A DNA stretch of 64,000 nt from Octopus sinensis (GCF_006345805.1 NC_043016.1:15066001-15130000); one strand, 5' to 3'. Numbered from the stretch's first letter, positions 51,116-64,000 are shown. Made by a program: numbers and translations. Notes: generated from the sequence alone by a model not told the origin.

Positions 51116-54100
51116 TAAGTTGTGGATTTTTTTTTAGTGATGCTGTTATTGCTGTGTTTTGCTTTATTTTGGTTCCTGCATAATACTCTTAACATTTTAC
51201 AAAGCTACTTTACCATAGTTAGTATACTGACAATTTCCTTACTAAATATTTTTCTCTACTTTACTAATTTTGTAACAATTTTTCTTATACTAATTTTAAA
51301 AAATAATAACAATGTGAAGTTTGTTTGGGGCTGGGATTAAATTTTAATTTTTGCAAATTTTTGTGTTGTTGCTTGATGTAAAAGGCTTCTGCATTATTTC
51401 CTCAAGTTTCATATTTCTGTGGAAGAGATATATAATATAATAAGAAATAGTAAATGCAAAACTATACATGTATGTACATATAAATAAATATATGTATATA
51501 TATATATTGTTTCAAAAAGGATATTAACACTTTTTGTAATCTTGGTTAATTAATTTATTCTGCTTGTTAACTTGCCCATTTTTACTGGAGACAAACTATC
51601 TGACCTCTAAGAAGCACGCATTTAAAATGAAATTTAGACGTAAATTTTATTTAAATATTTAATAAACTTGTTTTAGTTTGTATTTTTTCTGTTATCCACA
51701 TAATCATTTAGCTGTTATTAGTAATCAAAAATCTTATTCACAATTTATATTAATGTTCTGGTTTCTTTTTACATCAATTCTAACAAAATATTTAACATTT
51801 GTGATATTTTGTGCTTAAAAAAAAATGTACTTTTTAAAAAATTTTAATTTAACTGAAAAACATTAAACCAAAATTTTTAAAAAATTTACAACAAAAATAT
51901 TGTTTATTTTTTTATTATTGTTTGGTAAATTTAATACAAAATTGTCTTACAATTATTCATATAAATTTGTAAACACTAAATCCCTTTTAAAGAAAATAAA
52001 GATTAAATTGAAATAACTGTTGACTTTAAACTGTAGAGAATATTAATTATCAGTTTTAATTTTAAATATTAGTTGAATACATCGTTTAAAATTTAAAATA
52101 ATTCTGTAATTTGGCCTTTTATGTAATTCATTATTTAACTAATCTGATTTTCATTCTTATTTAGTACAATAATAGCTAATTTTTAACATTCTTCAAACTA
52201 TGTACCAATTAGGCAACTTATTATGTATGCACTATATTTACATGCTCCATTGTAAACACAAATGACCCACACTTAAGTCACTGATGACCCACTGCTGGAT
52301 AAAAGCCTCTTCTATAATATGCTGCTTCTTCGTCTCTTTCTGTATTCTTTAACTTTCTCATAATCCTCCAATCTCACTTCTGCTTCATCTCGGTTAACCT
52401 TTTCATAATTGTGTAGTTGACACCATATAGATTTGCTAAGTTCTTTTCTTCTGTCTCTTCCTCTTGAATAATCCGGTTATTCAAAATAATCCACTGTTTT
52501 CCTAATCTATTTCTCTACAGTTTGCTGGTGTCATCTATTTTTTATTGCATGTTCATTCTCTCATTGTAAACTTTCAATATGATTATAGTTGCTCTATTCT
52601 CTTGCTTTCACTGATTTAGCTAACTCCTTTGAACATGAAAGTATCAAGCATCTATACAATCTTGTATTCTCTTTGTAGTTACTTCTTCTAATAATTAATA
52701 CAAATTCAGTTTTTGCAGAGGTTTGTTTCTATTTCAAGCTATTAAACAATTTAAGTAGTTCTTTTGTTTTTAGACTATCAAATATCTGGGATATTATTTT
52801 ATGTTGTGGTTCAAGTATTTGAAATGTGTTTTGAATCTGCCAAAATATCAATGTATTGTCAATACATTTGGAATTATTTTAGTTAAATAAGGATAACGAA
52901 AAAATTTAATATTTAGAAAACTAATTTTTAGTTGTGCATAGAACAAAGCAGTTATAAAGTCTTGATGGTATGAGAGTAACTAAGTTTAAAGGATTTGGTA
53001 TCCTTTCTAATGTGAGTATGGAGTAGACGACTAGTTGCTAGTCAGACATAGTTGTGTTATTGACTTGATTACATACAGCTATGGCACAAATCTGGTATGT
53101 AGGATGAAAAGTTAAAAAGTAGAAATTTGCAACTTTGTAGTTAAAAGCAATGAACAATAGATAAAAGTTTATGTAATGAATGAAGCTAGAATATAGGTTA
53201 AATCATGTTATTATTTCAATTTTGTGATAAATCCAGTTTCTATTTTATTCACTAATTAAAATGTGTTCCTACAATATAATTTGTGGAATTAGACTTCATA
53301 TATTTTATGCTTTTAATTGTTAATGTTTTTCTTACCTCAGTTTATCTGTCACATGTTTGGATATGTGCATAAGAGGATTTGATTACTTTCTTAAGAGAAC
53401 ACATCTTACCCACTGTAGTGAGCATTTTCGGATAGGAGATCCCATTATGTATTGGAAATTGGTGCTTAATAACAACTGATCTCTTAGGAGCCCCATGTAA
53501 CACCATTCTAATAGGAAACTGATGTTTTTTATGCTGTTTTACTTAGAATATTTCTTTGGAATTGATAAGTGTTAATCAAATGTTTTATGTTTAACTTTTC
53601 ATTATTTAAATTAAATACGACTTTTAAGTTTTAATTGCTTATGTGGCTTGTAAGTTTTTATTGTATAGAAAAAAAAATTGTTTGAAAAGTTGTTTACATT
53701 TTGTCTCTCTTTTATTATTTCAATATAAATTATTCTTCTAAATTATATTTATAGATTACAAATTTATTGGGTGGCTTTTGTGAAGTTAATGACTGTTTGT
53801 AGTTAAGAATTAGTATTATATTAAAAGATATTGTCTATTTCCTGATTTTTTACTTAGAATAGCTTAGCATTTAAACTACTTGTTTGTTTGCTGGGGGTGC
53901 TTTTGAAATAGATAATTGTATTTCTATCATTATTATCATTTTGAACATTATTCTAAATGGTGTTTTTGTTTTAATTATGTCTTGATATCTGCTGTCAATT
54001 TTGTATTTCGGAGTAGAGCTTTCACTGTTGTCTGCAGTTTTATGTTGTGTGTTATTGTGTTTTTGTAGGAATAATTACCTTTTTTTTTTAAAATTATTTC

Positions 54101-54408
54101 TGCTGGTTTCTATTATTCTTATTTTTATTTAAGATATTGCTTCTGTCTTTCATTTTGTGAAGAATATAATATATAAGAGTTTTCTTTGTGCATAATTTTC
54201 TGTATTATATTTTATTTCAATTATCGAAGGCTGTTTTTTTGTGTTCTTCTTTAGCTGTTCTTATCATCATCTTGTTGTAGTGTCCTTGTTGTTAGTACGT
54301 CGTTCAATGTCCTGTCAATGTCTCCTCAGTGGTCTTCACTACCGCACACACTCTGACCCCAACATTCGTTGATATATTCACTTGCAGCCGTCAGTCTGTG
54401 TCTTTCAG

Positions 54409-54540
54409 TGAGGCACCTCTGCCCACAGTGGAAGTCGCTATTCGCAACCAAAACGAAGCTGATCAATGGTGTCCGTTCCTGGAGACGCTCACTGATGCAG
54501 AAATGGAGAAGAAAATAAGGGATCAGGATCGTAATACCAG
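54409..54540 (+). CDS. SMARCB1: SMARCB1 exon 9 (followed by a GC donor)
   Basis: tttcag| acceptor; (S)[43 protein letters not shown](R); ends AG|gcatgt; 132 nt, same as human exon 8. Confidence 0.95.
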
Positions 54541-54768
54541 GCATGTATTTACTTTTCCATTCCCTTCAATACGTCCCAAACTTTCTTTTTTTTTTCTTTT
54601 TTGTAGTGTTACAGTGAAACCAAAAACCTAAAAAGATGCTGACATTCCAGAAAGTTGGATTGGTTTTTTTCTTTGAAAAAGAAAACATTTTCTTTGTTTC
54701 AACCTTAATATACATTTGCACATTTACAATTACTCTAGATATTAATGAAATTCTTTTTTCTTTCGTAG

Positions 54769-54808
54769 GAGAATGCGGCGACTTGCAAACACTGCACCAT
54801 CCTGGTGA
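54769..54808 (+). CDS. SMARCB1: SMARCB1 terminal exon 10
   Basis: tcgtag| acceptor; (R)RMRRLANTAPSW-stop; the ten exons sum to 1119 nt = 372 aa plus stop. Confidence 0.96.
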
Positions 54809-56604
54809 TAAGGAATTCATTACTTAGTGTCATTATTCTATCGGGAAAGGAAAAAAAGAAGCCAGAAAATACTGAAAGAATTCCTGTATTTTCCAGCAAC
54901 TCTCAAGACCTTTTATGAGAAGATGAAATGAACCTGTTACTTCTTTTATAGTCTCAGGAAATATAAATCTGATTGAGAAGAGTTCATGAATTGGTTGTGT
55001 TTCAAGAAAATGCATCACTATATATGTGAGGACAACTTTAGGAAAGAAAAATACCTAAAAACCAATGTAATTCCTTGTTTACATGTAAGATATTTTTCAG
55101 TGAATTCAAATCAGATGTCATTACTGTTTAGGCATTACACTATGCAAATCATTTCATTTCATAAGGATTGTATTCATCAAAGCCCGAATTTATATTTAAA
55201 TAAAATTCATTTACTAATCTCATACATACATTGAAAATCTTGAAATATAAAATTGCATCAAAAATTGAACGACTTCAATTTTTATTTGTTTAAAACCTGA
55301 AGAAGAAAATTCTATTAGCAGTAAAACAGTTTTATAGTTGTTAGTAAGAGATGTTTGATATGTTGTATGCATCGACTAAGTTTGAATGGTACTTTTTACG
55401 TGCCTCCAGCACAGGGAGCCAGTCAGGTGGCACTGGCAATGACCCACACATGAATGGTGCTTATTGCATATACATATACTCACACACCTTATATATGCAG
55501 GCATGGCTGTGTGGTTAATGACTAAGAAGCTTGCTTCTCTACCATGAGGTTTTGGGTTCAGTCCAGCAATGCAGCACCATAGGCAAGTGTCTTTTACTAA
55601 ACCTTGTGAACAGAGTTGATAAACTCAAACTGAAGGAAGTCTGTTGTGTGTGTGTAAGTTATGGCACGGACATAATGATTTTGAAGTTTGCTTCTTGACC
55701 ATATGGTTTCTGGTTCAGTTCCACTGTGTGGCATCTTGGGCAGGTTGAGCAATTCTTTGTGAATGAATTTGGTTGACAGAAATTGTATGGAACCCTGAAT
55801 GTGTGTATTTGTGCAAATGTTTTGTATTCTGTGGGTTGAATTACGATTAATGAAATTTGTTGTCATTTTCCTGTCAACAAATCATCTGCTGGTTCTGTGC
55901 TTTCAAAGATGTGTGGAATAAAAGATTACTTGCATAAAAAACAAAGGTTAGCAACATTAAGGATGCCTCAGTAAGGTATATTTTGCCTGAGAGATATTTG
56001 AGTTAAATCTGTCTTTTAAGCTCTTATTTAAAATATCATTTTATCAAAGATCTGTGAGCAAAGAATCTAATTCTAAAATGTAAGCAGTTAAGTAAGTAGG
56101 GAAAGTATTATTGCAAATACAACCCATCTCGTACAAGATACATAACGTATAGTGACTCATCTAATTCTTTGCAAGGAGGTGAGGGACAATAATTTACAAG
56201 GCTGTGGCTGAAAAGTTCCTGGCTTTAAGGTTACCAAGAAAGGCCTGGTTGGAAGTCCAACTATCCGAGGTCTTTTATAGGGCTTTGAAAAACTGAAGGA
56301 CCACTGCAATAAGTGTGAATCTGAGAAGGGGAATATGTTGAATAAAATCATAATTGATCCTCATGCATTTCCTTTAACCCCCTTGAAACCCTCTGGCCAT
56401 TCAGATTACTCTGTCAAATGCAATGCATTCGTTGATATATTCACTTGCAGTCGTCATTATCTAAAAGGCTGAGATTTCAATGATGTAATAAGTTTACTTT
56501 TAGAATGACATTGTAGGGTGGGTTTGAGAGGCTTGATCTGGTCAGTTTGGTCAGAAAAGAATTGGGTTGGTTTGAATGCAAAAGTTATTGACCCTTTTTC
56601 TTAA

Positions 56605-57905
56605 GTATAGTTAATCAGGTGATGCACGAAGGAGTCAAACTCAACTGCTACAAAGGAAAATGTGATGCTTTAGATACAAATAATTACAGAGGTATCAAGT
56701 AAAGGTCACGGAGAGGGTCATAGCCCAACTAATTAGGGAGAGAGAGTCAGTTTAGATGAGTGCCAGGGAAATGCACCACTGATGCTATATTTCTTGTAAG
56801 ACAGCTGCAGGAGAAATACCCAGCCAAAGATAGACCTCTGTACCTGGCTTTCGTTGACATGGAGAAAGCCAAAGATGGACCTCTGTTCTTGGCTTTCGTT
56901 GACATGGAGAAAGCCTTTGACAGGGTTTCCCGATCCCTATCTGGTGATCAACGAGGAAACTAGGGATAGATGAATGGTCAGTGAGAGCTGTGCGTACCAT
57001 GTACAGGGGCACCATCAGTAAGGGGAAGGTTGGCAACGAGTACAGTGAAGAATTCAGGGTAGAGGTAGGGGGTCCACCAAGGTTCAGTCCTCAGCCCCCT
57101 CCTATTTATCATAGTCCTCCAGGCAATAACAGAGGAATTCAAGACAGGATGCCCCTGGGAGCTCCTCCATGCTGATAACCTTGCCCTTCAGGTAAAACTC
57201 TATAAGATGTACCCAGTGTAAGTGGACATATAAGAGGTGCAGTAATATCAAAGGAAGCCTTCCTTTGATATTACTGCACCTCTTATATGTCCACTTACAC
57301 TGGGTACATCTTATAGAGTTTTACCTGAAGGGCAAGGTTATCAGCATGGAGGAGCTCCCAGGGGCATCCTGTCTTGAATTCCTGTTATTGCCTGGAGGAC
57401 TATGATAAATAGGAGGGGGCTGAGGACTGAACCTTGGTGGACCCCTACCTCTACCCTGAATTCTTCACTGTACTCGTTGCCAACCTTCCCCTTACTGATG
57501 GCGTCCCTGTACATGGCTTGCACAGCTCTCACTGACCATTCATCTATCCGTAATTTCCTCATTGTCCACCAGATAAGGGATCGGGGGACCCTGTCAAAGG
57601 CTTTCTCCATGTCAACGAAAGCCAGGTACAGAGGTTTATCTTTGGCTAGGTATTTCTCCTGCAGCTGTCTTACCAGAAATATGGCATCAGTGGTGCTTTT
57701 CCCTGGCGTGAACCCAAACTGCATCTCATCTAAACTGACTCCCTAATTAGCTGGACTATGACCTTCGTTACCTGATCCAACAACTTAATACCTCTGTAAT
57801 TATTTGTATCTAAAGCATCACCTTTACCTTTGTAGCAGTTGACTATGGTGCTGCTACACCAGTCATTGGGTATGACTCCTTCGTGTATCACCTTGTTAAC
57901 TATAC
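56605..57905. repeat. About 1.3-kb palindrome centred on 57258, made of an RTE RT segment plus about 70 bp of unrelated sequence
   Basis: 57133-57257 is the exact reverse complement of 57259-57383 (1-nt spacer); near-identity continues to about 57010/57510; outer arms are clearly more diverged, with indels. Confidence 0.95.
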
Positions 57906-59230
57906 AGGTGACTAGGCTATAGCCAACACCACCAGATATTTTGAGCATCTCTGCAGTGATTCCTGATGGGTCAGGGGCTTTCCCTGTCTTCACATTCTTG
58001 ATTGCTTTATCTACCAAGGTACTGTCAACTTGGATAACAGGTCCCTCTGTTGGGTCGACATTTGGCAGACCCTCTTTCTCCCATTCATTTTCTTCATTCA
58101 GCAACCTTTCATAGTGGCGTCTCCAAACCTCTCTCTTTGCAACCTCGTTTAATGCAAGTGAACCATCATACATGTGGGTGCATTTCTCTCCTACATCACG
58201 ATTCTCTCTCACACACTGTCTTGCAACATGAAATACCTCAAGTCTTTGGTCCTCACGGCACAGAGCATTGGCAAATTTTTTCTTATCTGCTTCCCCTCTG
58301 GCTAAATAAACCTGTCTCCTAGCTTCAGTTCTGGCAGTCTGATACAATTCCCTGCTACCACTATTCCTTCCAAGCCTGTTTCTTTTCTCTAATGGCTCTG
58401 TCAACAACATTGTTCCACCACCACGTTACCTTGGGTCGAGAGTGGTCTTTGCACCATCCTCAGATCTGGTCAGTGGCTCTCAGGAAGTTGTCCCGTACAA
58501 ACCTCCAGTTGTCTTCCACATTATTTGATGCTTTTTCCCCTTCTATTTTGTTAAAGGCTTCGAGTAATATGTCTCTAAAAACTCTGACCATTTGCAGGAT
58601 CTTTAAGCTTCCAGACCCTTCCCCTCCAAGCTGGTCTTCTGGGCAGCCATTTAGCCCTGATCCTGAAGTTGCTAACTACTAATCTATGTTGTGGGGTACA
58701 TTCTTTGCCTGGGAAGGTTTTGGCATATATAAGCAGCCTTCTTTCCCTTTTTCTGGCGAGGATGTAGTCAATTCGGCTAGTGTGTCTGCCAGAATGGTAG
58801 GTGACTAGGTGACAGGCGGGATTCCTGAAGTTGGTTTTGCAAACCATAAGAGCATTTGCATCGCAGAACTCCAGCAGTCTGGTTCCCTCCTCATTGCGGG
58901 AACCAAAACCATAGCCTCCATGTATGCCATGGAAGCCCCCTGCATGTTGTCCAACATGTCCATTGAAATCACCAGCCACAAAGAGAAGGTCCCTGTCATT
59001 TGTCAACAAGGTAGTCTGCAATAGGGTGTCATAAAATTGGTCTTTCTGCCCATCCAGTAGCCCCGGTTGACCTATGGTGAAGCACTAATCTAATCTGAAG
59101 TACTCTGTCACATACTCTGACTACCTTGATTACCTTATCAACCCATTTCTCAGCAAGAAGTATACCCATGTCCCCAGCCCAGAAAAACTTGTACCTGTGT
59201 TCTTTGCCTGTGAGGAACCTCCGCTCCACC
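57336..59230 (-). mobile_element. Decayed RTE LINE ORF2 (AP endonuclease plus RT); a further RT fragment lies at about 59400-59870
   Basis: AGDFNGHVG, NEEGTRLLEFC, IDYIL, QHRLVV (APE); KAPDPSGIT, NYRGIKLL, QFGFTPGKSTTDAIF, FVDMEKAFDRVPR, GVHQGSVLSPLLF (RT). Confidence 0.92.
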
Positions 59231-59957
59231 TTACTTCTTGGATATAGCACAAATCTAACGCCAACCACTCCGTGAGTGCTTTTTACATGCCACAGGCACA
59301 GGTGCCAAGGGAGGCTGGCAAACAGCCACAATCGGTTGGTGCTTTTTACGTGTCCGCAACATGGACGCATGTCCTCCAGTCACAGCCCATGTTTCACTGC
59401 CATGAAACATGGCAGTTCGCACACATGCATTGTACAATCTACCTTTCATTCTGAGCGAGAGACCCTTTGTCGCCAGTAGGGGAAGAAGCTTTCTAAACTT
59501 TGCCCAGGCTATTCTTATTCTAGTGGTAACACTCTCTGAGCATCCACCCCCACTACTAAGGAAGGTGTGGTGAGTTTGCCTTCCTCCTTACTAGAACTTT
59601 GGTCTTTGCTACGTTGACTCTAAGGCCTTTTGATTCTAAACCTAGCTACCACACACAAAATTTTTTCTCTAGTTCCAGTGGTGATTCTGCTACAAAGGCT
59701 AGGTCATCAGCATAGAGGAGCTCCCAGGGGCAACCCGTCTTGAATTCCTCTGTTATTGCCTGGAGGACTATGATGAATAGAAGGGGACTGAGGGCTGAGC
59801 CTTAGTGGACGCCAACTAATACCTGGAATTCTTCACTGTACTCATTGCCAATCCTAACCTTACTAACAGCCTCTCTCTCTCTCTCTCTCTCTTATACATA
59901 CATATATATATATAGGTGAGAAAGTTGGTGTGTGAAAGCACGTGGTTGAATATATAG

Positions 59958-60310
59958 AAAATAGTAAAAAGTGAAAAAACTACAGGCTTGTTTTAAAAGG
60001 TTAAAAAATATATATTTGAGTCATTATGTCAGAAGAATGTTATAAATATTTTTCATACAATGACATAGTTTTTGAAGAAATGACCAGTTTCATGTTCAGC
60101 TTTTCAAATTTCTTACATCGTTATGTTTACATTGAGAAGTGTAAAGAAGAGTAAGAAATTGAAAAGCTGAACGCGAAACCGGTCATTTCTTCAAAAACTA
60201 TGTCATTGTATGAAAAATATTATAACATTCTTCTGACATAATGACTCAAATATATATTTTTTTTAATCTTTTAAAACAAGCCTTCTGTAGTTTTTTCACT
60301 TTTTACTATT

Positions 60311-60312
<2 letters not shown>
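59958..60312. mobile_element. Foldback MITE-like element, about 160-bp arms and 34-nt spacer, flanked by TA repeats
   Basis: 59958-60116 is a high-identity reverse complement of 60151-60312. Confidence 0.85.
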
Positions 60313-60343
<31 letters not shown>

Positions 60344-62043
60344 TATATATATATGGCCGCAGCTTTGAGCTGAAACTAGAAAAAAAAAAAAAAAAATATT
60401 GAACATTCCCTTAAGCAACACAAGATTCTGGTTGACAGCCAAGCTGATGCCATGCACAAGAACAATACTTGTAGATCCTATAATTTCTTCAATGGAGAAC
60501 CACAATGATCATCCTCTCATTTTGCACTCATTATTTCAGCCTAAAACTTAATGACTTTTTCCTGCTCCACACAAAACATACAGTTTCACACAATGACGAC
60601 ATTACACACACACACACATCTTCCTGCAGTTTTCCAGACACTTGCTGCATAAATACTCCAACTACATTTTAAGTCAACTGACCTGGCTCCACGATTTATT
60701 ACCTCTCTTCTTAACCTGCAACACTAAAGACCATGAAATACAACCAACCACCACACTCACATTCTCGGAGAGACAGAGACAAAATACAAAAACCTTTAAG
60801 AATCACATATGATTCCTCAATAACATCCACAGCAGACTGAAATGACATTGTACAAGTAAAACAAGAATACTTACTCAGAGCAAATACAGATTCTACATTT
60901 GGCAAATATTGGTGTACAAACAATCCATTGGATCTATTTTTGACCCAACCAGTCTTACCTGGAATCCAATATTTCTATAAGGGACCACAATAAACTATGA
61001 AGAACATAAAGCAGTGCACTATACATCGCAGCAGGTTACAAACAGAATTACTCAAAAATGTAAGAGGATCACAATTTGATGTTGCAGCAAACTTCAATGC
61101 CTTCAGGTTCTGTTACTACACAAAGAAAAACTCCCGCCAAACACACACAAACATGTATATCATTTCAGTGCATTACTACGACATCCTGCAAACACCATCT
61201 CCCTGACTCAGTCCTGGCAGGCACAAGGGACATGTACACAACTGCAACAGCCAATAACTTCATTTGATCCAGACATACCAGGATGTACAACAGCAGTCAT
61301 AATTGCATAGGAACTGTAACAGTTGTGCTCTGAGTTCATTTTGTCAACCCCCCACCCCCACCCCCACGGTGGTTTCATAAGAATAGATGAGACAGTGATG
61401 GTGCAATGTATCCAGATTGAATCAGTGGATCTGATTTGGCTAACAACCTGCATGCCACAGACATACCTTATCTGGTATGACCTGGGATTACACAGTAGTA
61501 ATACTTCAACTAAAAAGTTTCCAAGGTGATAGGAAGGTGTTTTAATGCTTGTTAATATACCAAACTCTCTCTCATTTGACTTTTTATCGAAGAAATATTT
61601 AATGTCTGAAGTAATTTCTGTAAAAATGATTCTTAAGCAGAAATTACTTTCAACTTTGATTTTTTAAACTCAATTCCTTGAAAAAGATTAAGGAAAAAAA
61701 AACCTGATTGACAATCCAATTGATTATCAGTCATTATTATAAGAAATAAAAAGGCAGTGAGTTGTTGGCACACCAGCCAAAATGCTTGGCAGCATTTCAC
61801 CCATCTTAACGTTCTGAGTTCAGATTCCACCAAGGTCAACTTTGTCTTTCATCCTTTCAGGGTCAATAGAATATGTATCAGTTGGGCACTGGGGTTGATG
61901 TGACTCCCCCCCCCCGACTCCTTCAAAGTTACTGGCCTTGTGCCAAAATTTGAAACCATCATTATGGGAAATAAAGATACAAGCTCTTGTATACACCAAA
62001 GTCTATGCAGGAGAATCTCTTTTGCAATAGAGTCTAAGTTATA

Positions 62044-63293
62044 TTGGCTTGGCAACTAAGTTCTCGCCATTTTTTCAAATCAATTTTTTAAAAAGTTTAA
62101 TAAAAAAATAATTAATTAATCAATAATGTTGTTCACTCTTGTTGTTTACAACTTCTTCCCAACGTTCAACAAGATTTTTAATGCCTCGTTGGTAGAAATC
62201 ACCTGATTTCAACTCAAAAAATTGATCCAACCAAGATCTCAATTCTTGAAAGAAACAACACGCATAGCATTTGAAAGAGGTGGAAATCCATCGGTGCCAA
62301 ATCAGGAGAGTATGGCAAGTGTGGCAGCACTTCTCAGCCATGCATTTGAATGGCTTTCTTGGTCATATTGGCAGAAGAACTCCATGCTGCCAATAAGGTC
62401 TTTTCTCTTGAATAGCCATGTTGAGTCATTCCATCTGTTGAACATAGTTCCATGTTGACTGTTTGGTTCCGTTCAAGCAATTTGTAATGGATAATCCCTT
62501 CCCAGTCCCACTATACGCACAACATTGTTTTATGTGGATGATCTGGTTTCACACGTGGTGTCACTTGTTTACCGGAGCTTAGCCATTCCTTACGCTGCTT
62601 CATATTGATATACAGGCACCATTTTTTGTCACAAGTAATGATTTGGTAAAGAAATCATTGCTTGTACCCATGAGTTGAGCGGTGACAAGCAAGCAAACCA
62701 GCGGAGATTGTGGCTCGTTGATTTTTGTTGTTGTCACTTAAAGCATGCAGAACCCATGCTCCATACTTCTGAACCTTTCCCATTGAGTGAAAATGCTTCT
62801 CTACAGCAGTGTAGGAACATTCCATTTTCTCTGCCAGTTCCCTTGTCGTTTGACAAGAATTTTCGTGCAAAAGTTGGTTTAAGCGCTCTTCATCAAACTC
62901 AACTGTAAGACCAGAACAAGGTGTGACTTTGAGGTCAAAATTCCCATTTTTGAACTTGGCATACCAATCACGAGTGTTTCCTTCAGCTATGGTACCCTCT
63001 CCATACACAGCACAAGTGTTGCGAGCAGCTTTTGCAGCCTTAGAACCTTGATTAAAAGCAAAAAGAAGGAGGTGTTAAAAATGCTCGTTTTTCTTAACTT
63101 GACATTCCATTTTAATGATCTGAAAATAAACAAAAATTAACCAAAATTAACTATAAAAAAATCAAAATAGATTCCGAAATGATTCTAAAATAGAATTCTC
63201 AAAAAAAAAAAAAAAAAAAGATTCCAAAATTTAAAAACGCAATAAATTACTAAATTAACAAAAAAAACGGCGGGAACTTAGTTGCCAACCCAA
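62044..63293 (-). mobile_element. Full-length (1250 bp) mariner relic with both TIRs and flanking TA
   Basis: ta|ttggcttggcaactaagttctcgcc ... ggcgggaacttagttgccaacccaa|ta; minus ORF YGEGTIAE..RDWYAKFKNGNFDLK..TTRELAE..GKVQKYGAWVLHALS plus frameshifted ITCDKKW segment. Confidence 0.9.
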
Positions 63294-64000
63294 TATAACC
63301 CCATTAAATGATGTATTTCTGCCTCGTTAACACAACTCATCATGTGAATTTTTTAAACCTTCATCATCTTTTAACATATGCCTTCCATGCTGAAAAGAGG
63401 TGGACAGCACAAAAAGGATCTAATGGGTCAGCGGATTGCATCATGTCTAGTTTGGCACACTTTCTATGGCTAGATGCCCTTCCTAATGTCAACCACTTTA
63501 CAGAGTATACTAGGTACTTCTTCCCATTAGTGAGGCTGCATGTAGCTTACAAGACTAAGATTCCTTTTACCAATTGGGACTGCAGTAGAGAGAGAGAGCA
63601 CTTTATGTGAGAAAGGTTATAGTTAGGGAGAAGAGAGTGGAACGAGTTTCTTGTTGTAAAAGAGATACATGGCTAATTGCATTATACAAGAGTGGGTGAG
63701 AGTGTATGGGGTGGAGCTGGAAAGAGAGATGAAGATGGAGGTGACAAGGTGTCATCTGGTACCTCAAAGTGGAAGGTGTATAGAAGTGAGCAAGGATAAA
63801 AGGACAGGAAGGGTAGAGATTGCTGGAATGTATGGCGAGAGTAGTCAATGATAGGGTGGAGGAATGATCAATGATACAAGGGAGAGTAGGTGATGACTGG
63901 CAGTACAGAAATGGGCAAAAAGTAACAGAACAGTAATCCCTGAAAAATTAAATGGTTTTCCTTGCATGCATGACAGCAAATATTAAGGCTTGCTGAAGTG

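Noticed and set aside
57730-58410. 226-aa ORF as a host gene
   Set aside because: It is a fragment of frameshifted RTE ORF2 between the endonuclease and RT domains

Overview
Eukaryotic, AT-rich, repeat-dense genomic DNA. The repeat complement and protein similarities suggest a mollusc, probably a coleoid cephalopod such as Octopus (inference; no database search was possible). Two spliced protein-coding genes lie on the + strand. (1) The last five coding exons (974-21063) of a phosphoenolpyruvate mutase (PepM), the C-P bond-forming entry enzyme of phosphonate biosynthesis; its 5' exons are upstream of the window. (2) A complete 10-exon SMARCB1/SNF5 gene (37711-54808, 372 aa) whose last intron is a non-canonical GC-AG intron. 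The rest is introns and intergenic DNA filled with tRNA-derived SINEs, decayed RTE, CR1-like and Penelope-like retroelements, several Tc1/mariner relics, foldback MITE-like elements and microsatellites. The most notable signals are: a NEK/NIMA-kinase-like N-terminal fragment in the last PepM intron, in frame with the PepM terminal exon; three hammerhead-ribozyme-type motifs in PepM introns (one with an intact core, antisense; one core-mutated, sense; one with a non-canonical core); a 1.3-kb palindrome with 125-bp perfect inner arms just downstream of SMARCB1; and a 60-bp near-perfect hairpin in SMARCB1 intron 1. Exon coordinates were counted by hand and are frame-consistent; repeat boundaries are approximate.
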